NCBI GenBank assembly: GCA_031556235.1
Contig: JAVBTH010000001.1
Location: 590,763-654,762, forward strand
Direction of reading: 5' to 3'
DNA length: 64,000 nt
Source: Bacilli bacterium
Lineage (GTDB): Bacteria > Bacillota_I > Bacilli_A > RFN20 > CAG-826
Within the stretch, counting starts at the first letter, position 1. Every line of letters begins with the position of its first letter. Below are positions 52,318 through 61,431 of the stretch, piece by piece. Under the pieces are notes generated by a model. The model had not been told where the DNA came from, did no database searches, and was given only the letters and a program-made list of their open reading frames with translations. The position numbers were made by a program, and so were the translations under genes.

Positions 52318-52866
52318 ATGGAAGTTGAACAAATGCAAACAGCGGTTTTAAAGATAAAGAATGGTCTAAGTAAATATTTATACATTATGGAGAGGCTAAA
52401 TAAAACTGATGTAAGTCAAGATGAGGATTTTCAACGTTGTTTTAATGGATTTTATAGGATGAGGCAAAGATCAAAACTTTATTATACTGAATACTTCAAT
52501 TTGCTTGAGAAACACAAAGCGGAATCAGTTAGTTTTGATTATATATTAGACATCTTATACCAAAAAACAGGAAGAATTGAGGCGTCCTTCGCAAGTAAAA
52601 TGTTGGCGACGATTAATGATGACATGCCAATTCTAGATTCCTTAGTGTTAAAGAACCTTAATATGAGTCTTCCATATTATTCTGATAAGAATAGAATGAA
52701 AAAGATAAGCAAAGTTTACATAGAAATTTGTAAATGGTATGAAGATTTCTTGAAAACAGAAGTTTCAAAGTTAGCTATTAAAATATTTGATGAAAGTTAT
52801 CCTGAGTCTAAAATTAGCGATGTTAAAAAAATAGATTTTATCCTTTGGCAAATAAGAGAAGAATAA
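52318..52866 (+). CDS. hypothetical protein
   Basis: SD GGGGGGA lies 7 nt before ATG 52318. Helical, no motif I can name. Contains RIEASFASKMLATINDDMPILDSLVLKNL. Confidence 0.45.
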   Translation: MEVEQMQTAVLKIKNGLSKYLYIMERLNKTDVSQDEDFQRCFNGFYRMRQRSKLYYTEYFNLLEKHKAESVSFDYILDILYQKTGRIEASFASKMLATINDDMPILDSLVLKNLNMSLPYYSDKNRMKKISKVYIEICKWYEDFLKTEVSKLAIKIFDESYPESKISDVKKIDFILWQIREE

Positions 52867-52920
52867 AAAATCAGAAGTTGTCTTGCTTAAATTTTTAAAA
52901 ATGAAATGGAGATTAAAAAC

Positions 52921-53382
52921 ATGGCAAAAGCAGAATGGTATGAAGGAAAAAATGGCAAAGCTGAGCACCTTGTTTATTTAAATGATAAGGCAAAAGAATT
53001 GCAAAAACTTTTGAACAAAGAAAAAACAATGATTATTAGAGGGGCAGCAGGTAAGAAGTGTCCTTTAGGTGGAAGAGCTAAAGTTAATGATGTAATTTAT
53101 TTTGTAGAAACTGGCGGAGATATGGTTGTCACTCATCGTGGTGTTATATCTCAAGTCATTGAAAGTGAAAAAATGGCAGAAGAAGAATCAGTTGCGTTTA
53201 TAAAGAAATATGAAAAAGAATTGAACTTATCAAAAGATCAATATGCAAGATGGGCAGGTAAGAAGTTTTTAGCAGTCTTTGAAATATCCAATCTTGAGAA
53301 GATTGAATCATTCAAATACAATCGCGAGACAAATATGGATGATTGGATTATTACAGACGATATTAATAAAATAAAACTATAG
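52921..53382 (+). CDS. ASCH/PUA-like domain protein (tentative)
   Basis: KEKTMIIRGAAGKK...VNDVIYFVE resembles the ASCH core (K-T-x-x-I-R ... GD.I.F). SD GGAG lies 9 nt before ATG 52921. Confidence 0.4.
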   Translation: MAKAEWYEGKNGKAEHLVYLNDKAKELQKLLNKEKTMIIRGAAGKKCPLGGRAKVNDVIYFVETGGDMVVTHRGVISQVIESEKMAEEESVAFIKKYEKELNLSKDQYARWAGKKFLAVFEISNLEKIESFKYNRETNMDDWIITDDINKIKL

Positions 53383-53419
53383 AGTGTTTAAAAAATCAAA
53401 TCTAAAATAGGAGATTTTT

Positions 53420-54079
53420 ATGTGGTATCAAGAAATGTTTGAGGTTCTTGAAAGTAATTGCAATCAAAAACAAGCTCAAAAAATGCAAAAGTATATGAAA
53501 GACAATTTTCTTTATTTAGGAATTCCAACTCCTTTAAGAAAACAACTGACTAAGGATTTTTTGTTACATGCAAAAAAAACAAAAGTTATTGATTATGGCT
53601 TCATTAAGTTATGTTTTGAAAAAGAATATCGCGAGGCAGTTTACGTAGCAATTGACTATATTACGCTTAAGAAAAATCTTTTTGAAGTGAAAGACATTGA
53701 ATTTTTAAAGTCCTTGATAGTAACAAAATCATGGTGGGATAGTGTTGATGGGCTAGATGTAATAATTGGTACGCTAGTGACTAAATATAAAGAGTTGAAA
53801 AAAACAATGATTGAATGGTCTAAGAGCGATAATATTTGGTTGAAAAGAGTGGCAATAGATCATCAGTTGCAAATGAAAGACATGACAGATAAGGATTTGC
53901 TTTCAGAAATAATTATTAATTGCATGGGAAGTAATGAGTTTTTTATTAATAAAGCTATTGGATGGAGTTTAAGAGAATATAGTAAAAGCAATAAAAGCTG
54001 GGTTAAAGATTTTATTGTTCAACATGCTGATGGATTGAGTAAATTGAGCATAAGAGAAGCAAGCATTTATATAAAATGA
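53420..54079 (+). CDS. DNA alkylation repair enzyme family (AlkD-like HEAT-repeat protein)
   Basis: 219 aa with KMQKYMKDNFLYLGIPTPLRKQL and INKAIGWSLREYSK, typical of this family. Confidence 0.72.
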   Translation: MWYQEMFEVLESNCNQKQAQKMQKYMKDNFLYLGIPTPLRKQLTKDFLLHAKKTKVIDYGFIKLCFEKEYREAVYVAIDYITLKKNLFEVKDIEFLKSLIVTKSWWDSVDGLDVIIGTLVTKYKELKKTMIEWSKSDNIWLKRVAIDHQLQMKDMTDKDLLSEIIINCMGSNEFFINKAIGWSLREYSKSNKSWVKDFIVQHADGLSKLSIREASIYIK

Positions 54080-54121
54080 TAAGCAAGATAATAAGTAAGA
54101 TAATAAGCAAGATGAATGTAA
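54078..54121. repeat. short tandem repeat GATAATAAG(Y)AA with degenerate flanking copies
   Basis: GATAAGCAA GATAATAAGTAA GATAATAAGCAA GATGAATGTAA, lying immediately upstream of the fic promoter. Confidence 0.8.
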
Positions 54122-54136
54122 ATTTTATTGTAAATG

Positions 54137-54145
54137 TGATATAAT
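54137..54145 (+). promoter_or_regulatory. extended -10 promoter element for fic
   Basis: TGATATAAT (TGn-TATAAT) lies 19 nt upstream of ATG 54164, with only a weak -35. Confidence 0.45.
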
Positions 54146-54163
54146 AGTAAGGGAGATAAAAGT

Positions 54164-55156
54164 ATGGAAAAGTACACACCACCTTACAAAATAACAAATC
54201 AAATAATGAAATATATAACTTTTATTATGGAAAAAATTGGGAAACTCACAAACTATGGCGACTTCGATCGCTTTCCTATTTTGAGAAAGAATAATAGAAT
54301 TTTTTCGATTCATTCTTCTTTAGCGATTGAAGCAAATTCTTTGTCGCTAAACCAAGTTAAAGATGCAATTGACGGTAAATTGGTAATTGGTGAACAAAAA
54401 GAAATTCAAGAAGTTAAAAATATTTATAAAGCCTATGAAGAAATTGATAAAGTAAATCCATATAATATTAAAGATTTGAAAAGAATTCATGGAATCATGA
54501 CATTTTTAATAGAAAACGAATCTGGTAAATTTAGAAGTGGCGAAGAAGGAGTGTTTGATGGAGACAAATGTATATTTATGGCTCCTCCACAAAAAATGGT
54601 GGATACATGCATGCGTCAACTTTTTGAATGGATGGAAAATGAAAAAAATAATGTTCATCCTTTAATATTATCTTCAATTTTCCATTATGAGTTTGTATTT
54701 ATTCATCCTTTTACAGATGGAAATGGTAGAATGGCAAGACTTTGGCAAAATACGCTTCTATCAAAGTGGAAAAGTCTTTTTAAATATGTGCCGATAGAAA
54801 GCCAAATCAAAAAATATCAAGCTGACTATTATGACGCAATTGCCAAGTGTCATAACACTGGAGAATCAACAGACTTTATTGAATTTATGCTCAAGATGAT
54901 TAATGAAACATTAGAAGAATTAATAGCTAATTCACTGATTCAAATTAACCATACAAGTGAATATCTTAAAAAGTTACTTGCCATAATGGAAGAGGGGGTA
55001 TTTATGTCGTCAAATGAAATACTTGAAAAATTAGGTTTAAAATCTAAAGAAACACTTAGAAAAAATTACCTAAATCCCGCAATTGAACTTGGTTTATTAG
55101 AGTTATCTTATCCTGATAAGCCTACTAGCAAGAACCAAAGATATCGAAAAAAATAG
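54164..55156 (+). CDS. fic: Fic-family protein (AMPylase-type) with C-terminal winged-helix-like tail
   Basis: Canonical Fic motif HPFTDGNGRMARL. The N-terminal Fic_N-like helix contains SLAIEAN. Confidence 0.9.
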   Translation: MEKYTPPYKITNQIMKYITFIMEKIGKLTNYGDFDRFPILRKNNRIFSIHSSLAIEANSLSLNQVKDAIDGKLVIGEQKEIQEVKNIYKAYEEIDKVNPYNIKDLKRIHGIMTFLIENESGKFRSGEEGVFDGDKCIFMAPPQKMVDTCMRQLFEWMENEKNNVHPLILSSIFHYEFVFIHPFTDGNGRMARLWQNTLLSKWKSLFKYVPIESQIKKYQADYYDAIAKCHNTGESTDFIEFMLKMINETLEELIANSLIQINHTSEYLKKLLAIMEEGVFMSSNEILEKLGLKSKETLRKNYLNPAIELGLLELSYPDKPTSKNQRYRKK

Positions 55157-55204
55157 AATCATTAACTATATGAGAAACTATTTAGAGATTAGTTTCGAAA
55201 ATCG

Positions 55205-55233
55205 TTGACTTTTACCAATAATATATATATTAT
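55205..55233 (+). promoter_or_regulatory. promoter of rplM-rpsI
   Basis: TTGACT, 17-nt spacer, TATTAT. Confidence 0.55.
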
Positions 55234-55303
55234 TCTATATGGCACTAATTTGCCTAAATTGTAGTCCCGGTAAGACAAACAATTTGGTAAGGAGGATTCA
55301 ATT

Positions 55304-55744
55304 ATGCAACGTCAAACAACTATTGCAAAACCAAATGAAATGGATCGTAAGTGGTTCATCGTTGATGCAACAAACAAACCTTTAGGTCGTTTAGCATCAG
55401 AAATTGCGATTATTCTCATCGGAAAGAATAAACCAATATTTACACCAAACGTTGATTGTGGTGACAATGTCATTATCATCAATGCCGAAAAAGTGGGATT
55501 ATCTGGCGATAAACTTCACACAAAGAAATACTATAACGTTTCTCAATATGCTGGTGGTTTAAGAACCCGTACAGCAGAAACAATGGTAAAGGATTATCCA
55601 GTAGAAATGGTCGAAAGAGCAGTCTGGGGTATGTTACCAAAGGGACGCTTAGGACGTCAAATCTATAAAAAGTTATTCGTTTATGAAGGACCAAAACACA
55701 AGCATGAGGCGCAAAACCCAGTCGTGCTTGAAGTAAAGTGCTAG
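55304..55744 (+). CDS. rplM: 50S ribosomal protein L13
   Basis: 146 aa with [17 protein letters not shown]. Confidence 0.97.
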   Translation: MQRQTTIAKPNEMDRKWFIVDATNKPLGRLASEIAIILIGKNKPIFTPNVDCGDNVIIINAEKVGLSGDKLHTKKYYNVSQYAGGLRTRTAETMVKDYPVEMVERAVWGMLPKGRLGRQIYKKLFVYEGPKHKHEAQNPVVLEVKC

Positions 55745-55756
55745 GAGGAAAATAAA

Positions 55757-56161
55757 ATGGCAGCTAAAACAAAAACCGCTATCCAATACTATGGTACTGG
55801 ACGTAGAAAAAGCTCAGTTGCGCGTGTATTCTTACTTCCTGGTAAAGGAAAAATCACTGTTAATGACAGAGATGTAAATGAATATATGCCATACGCAACA
55901 CTCGTTATGGATTTAAAACAACCACTTGAAATGACAGGAAACACCGAAAAATTTGATGTTAAATGTACAGTCAAGGGTGGCGGATTCACCGGACAAGCCG
56001 GCGCAATTCGTTTAGGAATCGCTCGTGCTTTATTACAAGCAACCGATACCCGCGCAACCTTAAAGGCCGCTGGTATGCTTACTCGTAATGCTCGTGCTAA
56101 GGAACGTAAGAAATACGGTCTTAAAGCCGCACGTCGTGCTCCACAATTCTCAAAACGTTAG
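55757..56161 (+). CDS. rpsI: 30S ribosomal protein S9
   Basis: 134 aa with [19 protein letters not shown] and a C-terminus ending ...SKR. Confidence 0.97.
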   Translation: MAAKTKTAIQYYGTGRRKSSVARVFLLPGKGKITVNDRDVNEYMPYATLVMDLKQPLEMTGNTEKFDVKCTVKGGGFTGQAGAIRLGIARALLQATDTRATLKAAGMLTRNARAKERKKYGLKAARRAPQFSKR

Positions 56162-56173
56162 TTTATCTAAAGA

Positions 56174-56200
56174 GCTCATGCATAATGCATGGGCTTTTTT
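56174..56200 (+). terminator. intrinsic terminator after rpsI
   Basis: 9-bp stem GCTCATGCA/TGCATGGGC followed by T6. Confidence 0.8.
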
Positions 56201-56223
56201 CATACCTTTAATAAGGAAAATAT

Positions 56224-56901
56224 ATGAAAACACTTAAGAAATGGATTATCTTTTTAGCAGTAGCGGTTCTTTCTGTAATCGCGATAATTAAACTACCAAC
56301 TTATGCGGTGACTTCCTCTTCGCTAACAGGACGCGTGATTTTTATCGATCCGGGTCATGGCGGTAAAGACGATGGTGCCAGTAGATCAGGTGTTGTTGAA
56401 GATGAGATTAATTTACATATCGCTAGTTACTTATTAGAGCAATGCATGGAAAATGGTGCGAAAGCAATTATAACCCGCACAGGAGATTACGATTTAGCGT
56501 CACTCTACGCGACTAACAGAAAAAGAGAAGATTTAGCAAAAAGGGTATCCCATATTAATGAAAGTGGCGCTAATTTCTTTATTAGTTTACATGTCAATGC
56601 ACTTAATAATGAAGCAGTTAATGGACCGATGGTTTATTATAAAAAGAATTGTGATACTTCACTAGCAATTGGTCAATCGGTTGCAAAGGAATTAAATGAG
56701 TTTTCCGGCAAAGATAAACCTTTACACGCTGAAGATTATTATTTATTTAAAAAAACTACCATACCAGGAATTCTAGTAGAATGCGGTTTTCTTTCAAATA
56801 CGCAAGAGAGAAACAAATTAATTAATTCTAACTATCAAAATGAAATAAGCAAGGCAATTTGTCTAGGAATCATCAATTATTTCAAAGGCATACGTATATA
56901 A
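56224..56901 (+). CDS. N-acetylmuramoyl-L-alanine amidase (Amidase_3, CwlD-like)
   Basis: N-terminal TM helix; IFIDPGHGGKDDGA; SLHVNA; VECGFLSN. Confidence 0.85.
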   Translation: MKTLKKWIIFLAVAVLSVIAIIKLPTYAVTSSSLTGRVIFIDPGHGGKDDGASRSGVVEDEINLHIASYLLEQCMENGAKAIITRTGDYDLASLYATNRKREDLAKRVSHINESGANFFISLHVNALNNEAVNGPMVYYKKNCDTSLAIGQSVAKELNEFSGKDKPLHAEDYYLFKKTTIPGILVECGFLSNTQERNKLINSNYQNEISKAICLGIINYFKGIRI

Positions 56902-56957
56902 ATATTTATTTTTTTCCGCAAAAATGGTAACCTATCTACATAGAATTAGGTGAAGTT

Positions 56958-58019
56958 ATGGAAGAAAATGAAATTAAAAAAGAAAAGTCAGTAAAAGACT
57001 TTTTTGCAAGATCGTGGAAATTTATTATTAAATCGTCAAATGGGATGGCTCTCGGGCTTTTTGCTACACTCATTGTCGGCACGATTATAAAAACTCTAGC
57101 AGGATTTTTACCTGTTGATACTTTAATTTTTGGCTTTGATGTTAAAAATAGAGTTTTAGATTTGGCTATATTATTGATTGGCTTAATGGGAATTGGAATT
57201 GGCGTTGGCGCAGGGATGAGTGTTTTTAAATCTCCTATTCATATCCTTGCTATTGGAATAGCGGGAGCTATCGGAACACTAATTAGTAAAGGTAATCCCT
57301 TAATGGCTTATATATGCGCTGTAACTGGTATGGTAATAATTAAATACGTGTTTAAAAAGAAAACGCCTGTTGATATCATAATTATCCCATTGCTCATTGC
57401 GATTGCGGCCTTTATTGTTGGATGGCTCTTTAAGTTTCCGATTGAATGGCTCATAGATGGATTAGCAAAAATTATAGATTACTTTGCAGCTGAGCAACCA
57501 TTTATTATGGGGATAATTGTTTCGGTGTTAATGGGTATGGCACTTACCGCTCCAATTAGTTCTGTGGCAATTGCGACTTCAATCGGATTATCTGGTATAG
57601 CGGGTGGTGCTGCTGTCGTAGGTTGTAGTGTACAGATGATCGGATTTGCAGTTATGACCTTAAAGGATAAAGAAAATGGTATTGGTAAAGCAATTTCAGT
57701 TGGGGTTGGAACTTCAATGCTACAATTTAAAAACATTGTTAAAAACCCGTTAATTTGGTTGCCAACGATTATTACTTCAGCAATATTAGGACCTCTTGCT
57801 ACTTGTGTCTTCAAAATGGAATCAAGTGTTGCAGGAAGCGGAATGGGAACCTGCGCACTTGTTGGGCAAATTGGAACCATCGAAGTAATGAATGACAAAC
57901 AGATGATGATTCTTGGCATCATTCTCTTACATTTTGTTTTGCCAATCGTAATGGTGTTTGCTTTGGATTATCTTTTTAGAAAATGGAAATTAATTAGACC
58001 TGGCGATTTAGTGCTATAA
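56958..58019 (+). CDS. PTS EIIC_2-family membrane protein (orphan)
   Basis: 353-aa polytopic protein with Gly-rich helices. The N-terminal SNGMALGLFATLIVGTIIKTLAG is typical of that family, from memory. Confidence 0.5.
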   Translation: MEENEIKKEKSVKDFFARSWKFIIKSSNGMALGLFATLIVGTIIKTLAGFLPVDTLIFGFDVKNRVLDLAILLIGLMGIGIGVGAGMSVFKSPIHILAIGIAGAIGTLISKGNPLMAYICAVTGMVIIKYVFKKKTPVDIIIIPLLIAIAAFIVGWLFKFPIEWLIDGLAKIIDYFAAEQPFIMGIIVSVLMGMALTAPISSVAIATSIGLSGIAGGAAVVGCSVQMIGFAVMTLKDKENGIGKAISVGVGTSMLQFKNIVKNPLIWLPTIITSAILGPLATCVFKMESSVAGSGMGTCALVGQIGTIEVMNDKQMMILGIILLHFVLPIVMVFALDYLFRKWKLIRPGDLVL

Positions 58020-58071
58020 ATTATGTTATAATATAATTAGAATCTAAATAAATCACATTGGAGAATTATTT

Positions 58072-59349
58072 ATGAAAATATGCATCGTTGGCGCTGGATA
58101 TGTCGGCTTAATTAGTGCGTTGTGTTTCAAAAAGAATGGACACGACATTGTTTGCGTGGAAAAAGACCTAGATAAGTTAAATCAACTGAAGAAAAATATC
58201 GCGCCATTCTTTGAGCCAAAACTACAAGAACTACTTAATGAAGTTGGTGAACAAATAACTTGGTCAAATAGTATAACTAAAAGTATTTCGGACGCTGAGG
58301 CGATAGTCATATGTGTGGGAACTCCAGAAAAGGAAGATGGATCTGTAGATCTTTCTGTTTTTAATAATGTCATTGATAAGATAATTGATAATGCACAAAA
58401 GGACACGGTTATTGTCATAAAATCCACTGTACCAGTAGGAACAGCGAGCTTAGTTAAGGAAACTTGTAAAAGAAGTAAATATAAATTTAGCATTATCTCA
58501 AATCCAGAGTTTTTATCGCAAGGAACTGCCATCAGCGATACTATGAATCCTGAACGAATTATTGTTGGCGTTAACGGAGATAATGAAATTAAATTAATTA
58601 AAGAGATGTATAGTGGTGTTTCGTCTCCATTGTTATTTATGAATAACGAAAGTGCTGAGTTAGTCAAATATGCTTCAAATGACTTTTTAGCGCTTAAACT
58701 ATCGTTTATTAATGAAATAGCTAACCTTTGTGAAGTTGTAGGCGCTGACATAAGTGAAGTAAGCCTAGGCATGGGCCATGATTCTAGAATCGGTAATAAG
58801 TTTTTAAAAGCCGGAGTGGGATATGGTGGCAGTTGCTTTCCTAAAGACACAAAAGCGACACATTGGCTTGCATCGGTCCATGGACATGAACTAAAAACGA
58901 TTAAGGCGACAATTGAAGTTAATGAGCAGCAAAAAATGGTTCTTTTAAATAAGGCAAGAAAGCATATTAAAAGTTTTAAAAATGTGAAAGTTGCTATTTT
59001 AGGTGCAACATTTAAACCAAATACAGATGACTTAAGAGAAGCGCCTGCGATTAACAATATTTCGCAGTTGCTAGCAGAAGGGGCGAAAGTTCATGTTTTT
59101 GATCCAATAGCAAATAAACAAGTTAAAGCATTGTTTCCGGATGTTATTTGTGAAGATAGCATAGAAGAGGCGATTGCTAATGCGGATATATGTTTCATAT
59201 TTACAGAATGGAATGAAATAATGCAATTTGATGTAAAAAAATACGTTACTCTAATGAAAACTCCTTTAGTCTTGGATGGTCGTAACTGTTATGATGTTAA
59301 GACGATGAAACAAAATCAGATAATATATGAAAGTATCGGTAGAGTATAG
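58072..59349 (+). CDS. ugd: UDP-glucose 6-dehydrogenase
   Basis: IVGAGYVGL Rossmann motif and the catalytic GYGGSCFPKD. Confidence 0.92.
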   Translation: MKICIVGAGYVGLISALCFKKNGHDIVCVEKDLDKLNQLKKNIAPFFEPKLQELLNEVGEQITWSNSITKSISDAEAIVICVGTPEKEDGSVDLSVFNNVIDKIIDNAQKDTVIVIKSTVPVGTASLVKETCKRSKYKFSIISNPEFLSQGTAISDTMNPERIIVGVNGDNEIKLIKEMYSGVSSPLLFMNNESAELVKYASNDFLALKLSFINEIANLCEVVGADISEVSLGMGHDSRIGNKFLKAGVGYGGSCFPKDTKATHWLASVHGHELKTIKATIEVNEQQKMVLLNKARKHIKSFKNVKVAILGATFKPNTDDLREAPAINNISQLLAEGAKVHVFDPIANKQVKALFPDVICEDSIEEAIANADICFIFTEWNEIMQFDVKKYVTLMKTPLVLDGRNCYDVKTMKQNQIIYESIGRV

Positions 59350-59401
59350 TTGTTTTCATATGTTGTTATTAAGATAAAGAAATAAAAAAGAAAAAATAAT
59401 G

Positions 59402-59430
59402 TTGCATTAAATTATATCTTATAGTATATT
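59402..59430 (+). promoter_or_regulatory. putative promoter of the stand-alone tRNA-Ile
   Basis: TTGCAT, 17-nt spacer, TATATT. Confidence 0.4.
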
Positions 59431-59448
59431 TATTTAATGTAATGCGAA

Positions 59449-59525
<77 letters not shown>

Positions 59526-59538
59526 TTTCGATTAAAAT

Positions 59539-59558
59539 GCCCGTTACGGGCTTTTTTA
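59539..59558 (+). terminator. intrinsic terminator after tRNA-Ile
   Basis: GCCCG-TTA-CGGGC followed by T6. Confidence 0.75.
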
Positions 59559-59571
59559 TTAGCAAGGAGAA

Positions 59572-60966
59572 ATGATGATGAAGACACTTAAAAATCTATT
59601 TAAAGATAAGAAATTTCTTAAGTCCTTTTTTGTAATTGCTTTTCCAGTTATGCTACAAACGCTCGTTTCTTTTATCGTTAATTTTGTTGATAATTTGATG
59701 GTTGGCGGTGTATCTAACGCTGCTGTATCAGCAGTTTATGCTGCTAATCAAGCAACATTTTTATTTATCATTGCGGCTTATGGCGTGACAGCCGGAGCCG
59801 GAATATTTATTCAACAGTTTTTCGCGGCAAAAGACGAGGAACATATTAAACAAGCCTTTAGATATAAATTAATCATGACTATTGGACTATTAATAGTATT
59901 AATTCCAATCTATTACATTTGGGGTGAGAAACTCATTTGGTTTTATTGCAAAGCAGATAAAGAAGCCCAAGAAGTTTTGCGATTGGGTAAAGAATATTTA
60001 AATATCATTATATTGAGTTATGTGCCTTACGCGGTAAGTGTCGTTTACTCTAATACATTAAGAGAAATGGGCAAAACTAAAATACCTTTATATACTGGCG
60101 TTGTTGCACTAGTTTGTAACATTGTTTTTAATGCCTTATTCATCTATGGTCTGGAGTTAGGGGTAGCAGGTGCTGCTTATGCAACTATAATCGCACGTGT
60201 TGTGGAATTAATTGTGATTATTGCGATTTCACATGGACGAAAAGAAGCGTTTTGCAGGCGGTTTTATATTAATTTTAAAATTGAAAAGAAATTAGCAAAA
60301 GATATTACAAGTAAAACAATTCCATTATTTATCAATGAAATGCTCTGGGCGCTAGGAATGATCTTCTTATCACTTGCTTATGCACAACGTGATTCAGTAC
60401 TATCGGCTTTAAGTGTCGTATCAACCGTATCTGAGATATTTGGTATCATTTTCCAAGGCCTTTCAGTTGGAACTGGAGTTATGGTGGGCGGTCTGCTTGG
60501 TGCTAACAAGATGGTGGAAGCAAAGGATAATGCTAAGAAACTATTTTTATTAGGCACTCTTATATCGCTTGCAGCGGGAGTATTGATGGCGGTGGCGTCA
60601 CCATTCATTCCAATGATGTTTAATAAAGTTGATGCAGGGCAAAAAGAGGTAGCGACGCAACTAATATTAGTTTATGCTTCGTTGTTATGGGCGTATAGTT
60701 TATGCGTCAGCAGTTATCAAACTTTAAGAGCAGGGGGTAATGCAAAACTTACATTGTTTTTGGAGTTCACTTGTATGTGGCTAGTGGCGGTGCCAGTAGG
60801 TTGGGTATTAGCAAGTTATACAGGGGTTGGGATTATCGTAATATACATTTGTGTTCAGGCTTGTGACATTATTAAAGCGGCTTTAGGATTATATCTAGTA
60901 AGTCGTGGAACTTGGATAAATAATCTAACAATTAAAAAAGAAGAAAATTTACCAGTTCTAGAATAA
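59572..60966 (+). CDS. MATE-family efflux transporter
   Basis: 12-TM protein of 464 aa with N-terminus FFVIAFPVMLQTLVSFIVNFVDNLMVG. Three consecutive ATGs follow SD AAGGAG, and the third (59578) has the best spacing. Confidence 0.85.
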   Translation: MMMKTLKNLFKDKKFLKSFFVIAFPVMLQTLVSFIVNFVDNLMVGGVSNAAVSAVYAANQATFLFIIAAYGVTAGAGIFIQQFFAAKDEEHIKQAFRYKLIMTIGLLIVLIPIYYIWGEKLIWFYCKADKEAQEVLRLGKEYLNIIILSYVPYAVSVVYSNTLREMGKTKIPLYTGVVALVCNIVFNALFIYGLELGVAGAAYATIIARVVELIVIIAISHGRKEAFCRRFYINFKIEKKLAKDITSKTIPLFINEMLWALGMIFLSLAYAQRDSVLSALSVVSTVSEIFGIIFQGLSVGTGVMVGGLLGANKMVEAKDNAKKLFLLGTLISLAAGVLMAVASPFIPMMFNKVDAGQKEVATQLILVYASLLWAYSLCVSSYQTLRAGGNAKLTLFLEFTCMWLVAVPVGWVLASYTGVGIIVIYICVQACDIIKAALGLYLVSRGTWINNLTIKKEENLPVLE

Positions 60967-60996
60967 TTATATCGTTTGTTTCTTATATATTTGGTG

Positions 60997-61025
60997 TTGA
61001 AATATCCGTGTAAGTTTGCTAAACT
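60997..61025 (+). promoter_or_regulatory. putative promoter of the tRNA cluster
   Basis: TTGAAA, 17-nt spacer, TAAACT. Confidence 0.4.
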
Positions 61026-61045
61026 AATTAAGCGTTAAGGTAATC

Positions 61046-61121
61046 GGACGCTTAGCTCAGTCGGGAGAGCGTTTCCTTCACACGGAAGAGGTCACAGGTT
61101 CGATCCCTGCAGCGTCCACCA
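61046..61121 (+). tRNA. tRNA-Val (anticodon CAC)
   Basis: Acceptor GGACGCT/AGCGTCC, anticodon loop TTCACAC, T-loop TTCGATC, encoded CCA. There is one A:C mismatch at the base of the T-stem. Confidence 0.85.
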
Positions 61122-61127
61122 TTTTAT

Positions 61128-61203
61128 GCCGACTTAGCTCAACTGGCAGAGCAATTGATTTGTAATCAATAGGTTGTAGGTTCAAGTCCTATAGTCGGCA
61201 CCA
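61128..61203 (+). tRNA. tRNA-Thr (anticodon UGU)
   Basis: Acceptor GCCGACT/AGTCGGC, anticodon stem ATTGA/TCAAT, loop TTTGTAA, encoded CCA. Confidence 0.9.
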
Positions 61204-61242
61204 TCTTATTTATTACCGCGCATTAGCGCATTTTATTTTTCC

Positions 61243-61327
61243 GGGCGTATGGCGGAATTGGCAGACGCGCTAGACTTAGGATCTAGTGGGGCAGCCCGTG
61301 CAGGTTCAACTCCTGTTACGCCCACCA
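61243..61327 (+). tRNA. tRNA-Leu (anticodon UAG)
   Basis: Acceptor GGGCGTA/TACGCCC, anticodon stem CTAGA/TCTAG, loop CTTAGGA, long variable arm, encoded CCA. Confidence 0.9.
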
Positions 61328-61338
61328 AGTTAAAAATT

Positions 61339-61366
61339 ACAAACTCAAGCAGAGTTTGTTTTTTTG
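61339..61366 (+). terminator. intrinsic terminator after the tRNA cluster
   Basis: ACAAACT-CAAGCAG-AGTTTGT followed by T7. Confidence 0.8.
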
Positions 61367-61431
61367 TTGTTATTGTGAGATATTTTAAAGAATGTTAGAA
61401 TAATTATAAATAAGTGCTAGGAGAATCTAAT

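Noticed and set aside
58182-59057. Very long antisense ORF (291 codons) opposite ugd. Similar antisense ORFs lie opposite the P-type ATPase (5337-5879), yebC (50547-50963), the EIIC-like gene (57479-57922) and the GT2 gene (24242-24631).
   Set aside because: Each lies inside a gene with unambiguous conserved motifs on the other strand. They have no SD, and their translations are low-complexity Ser/Leu/Ile/Thr-rich, as expected for the shadow frame of a real gene. Ribosome profiling would be needed to overturn this.
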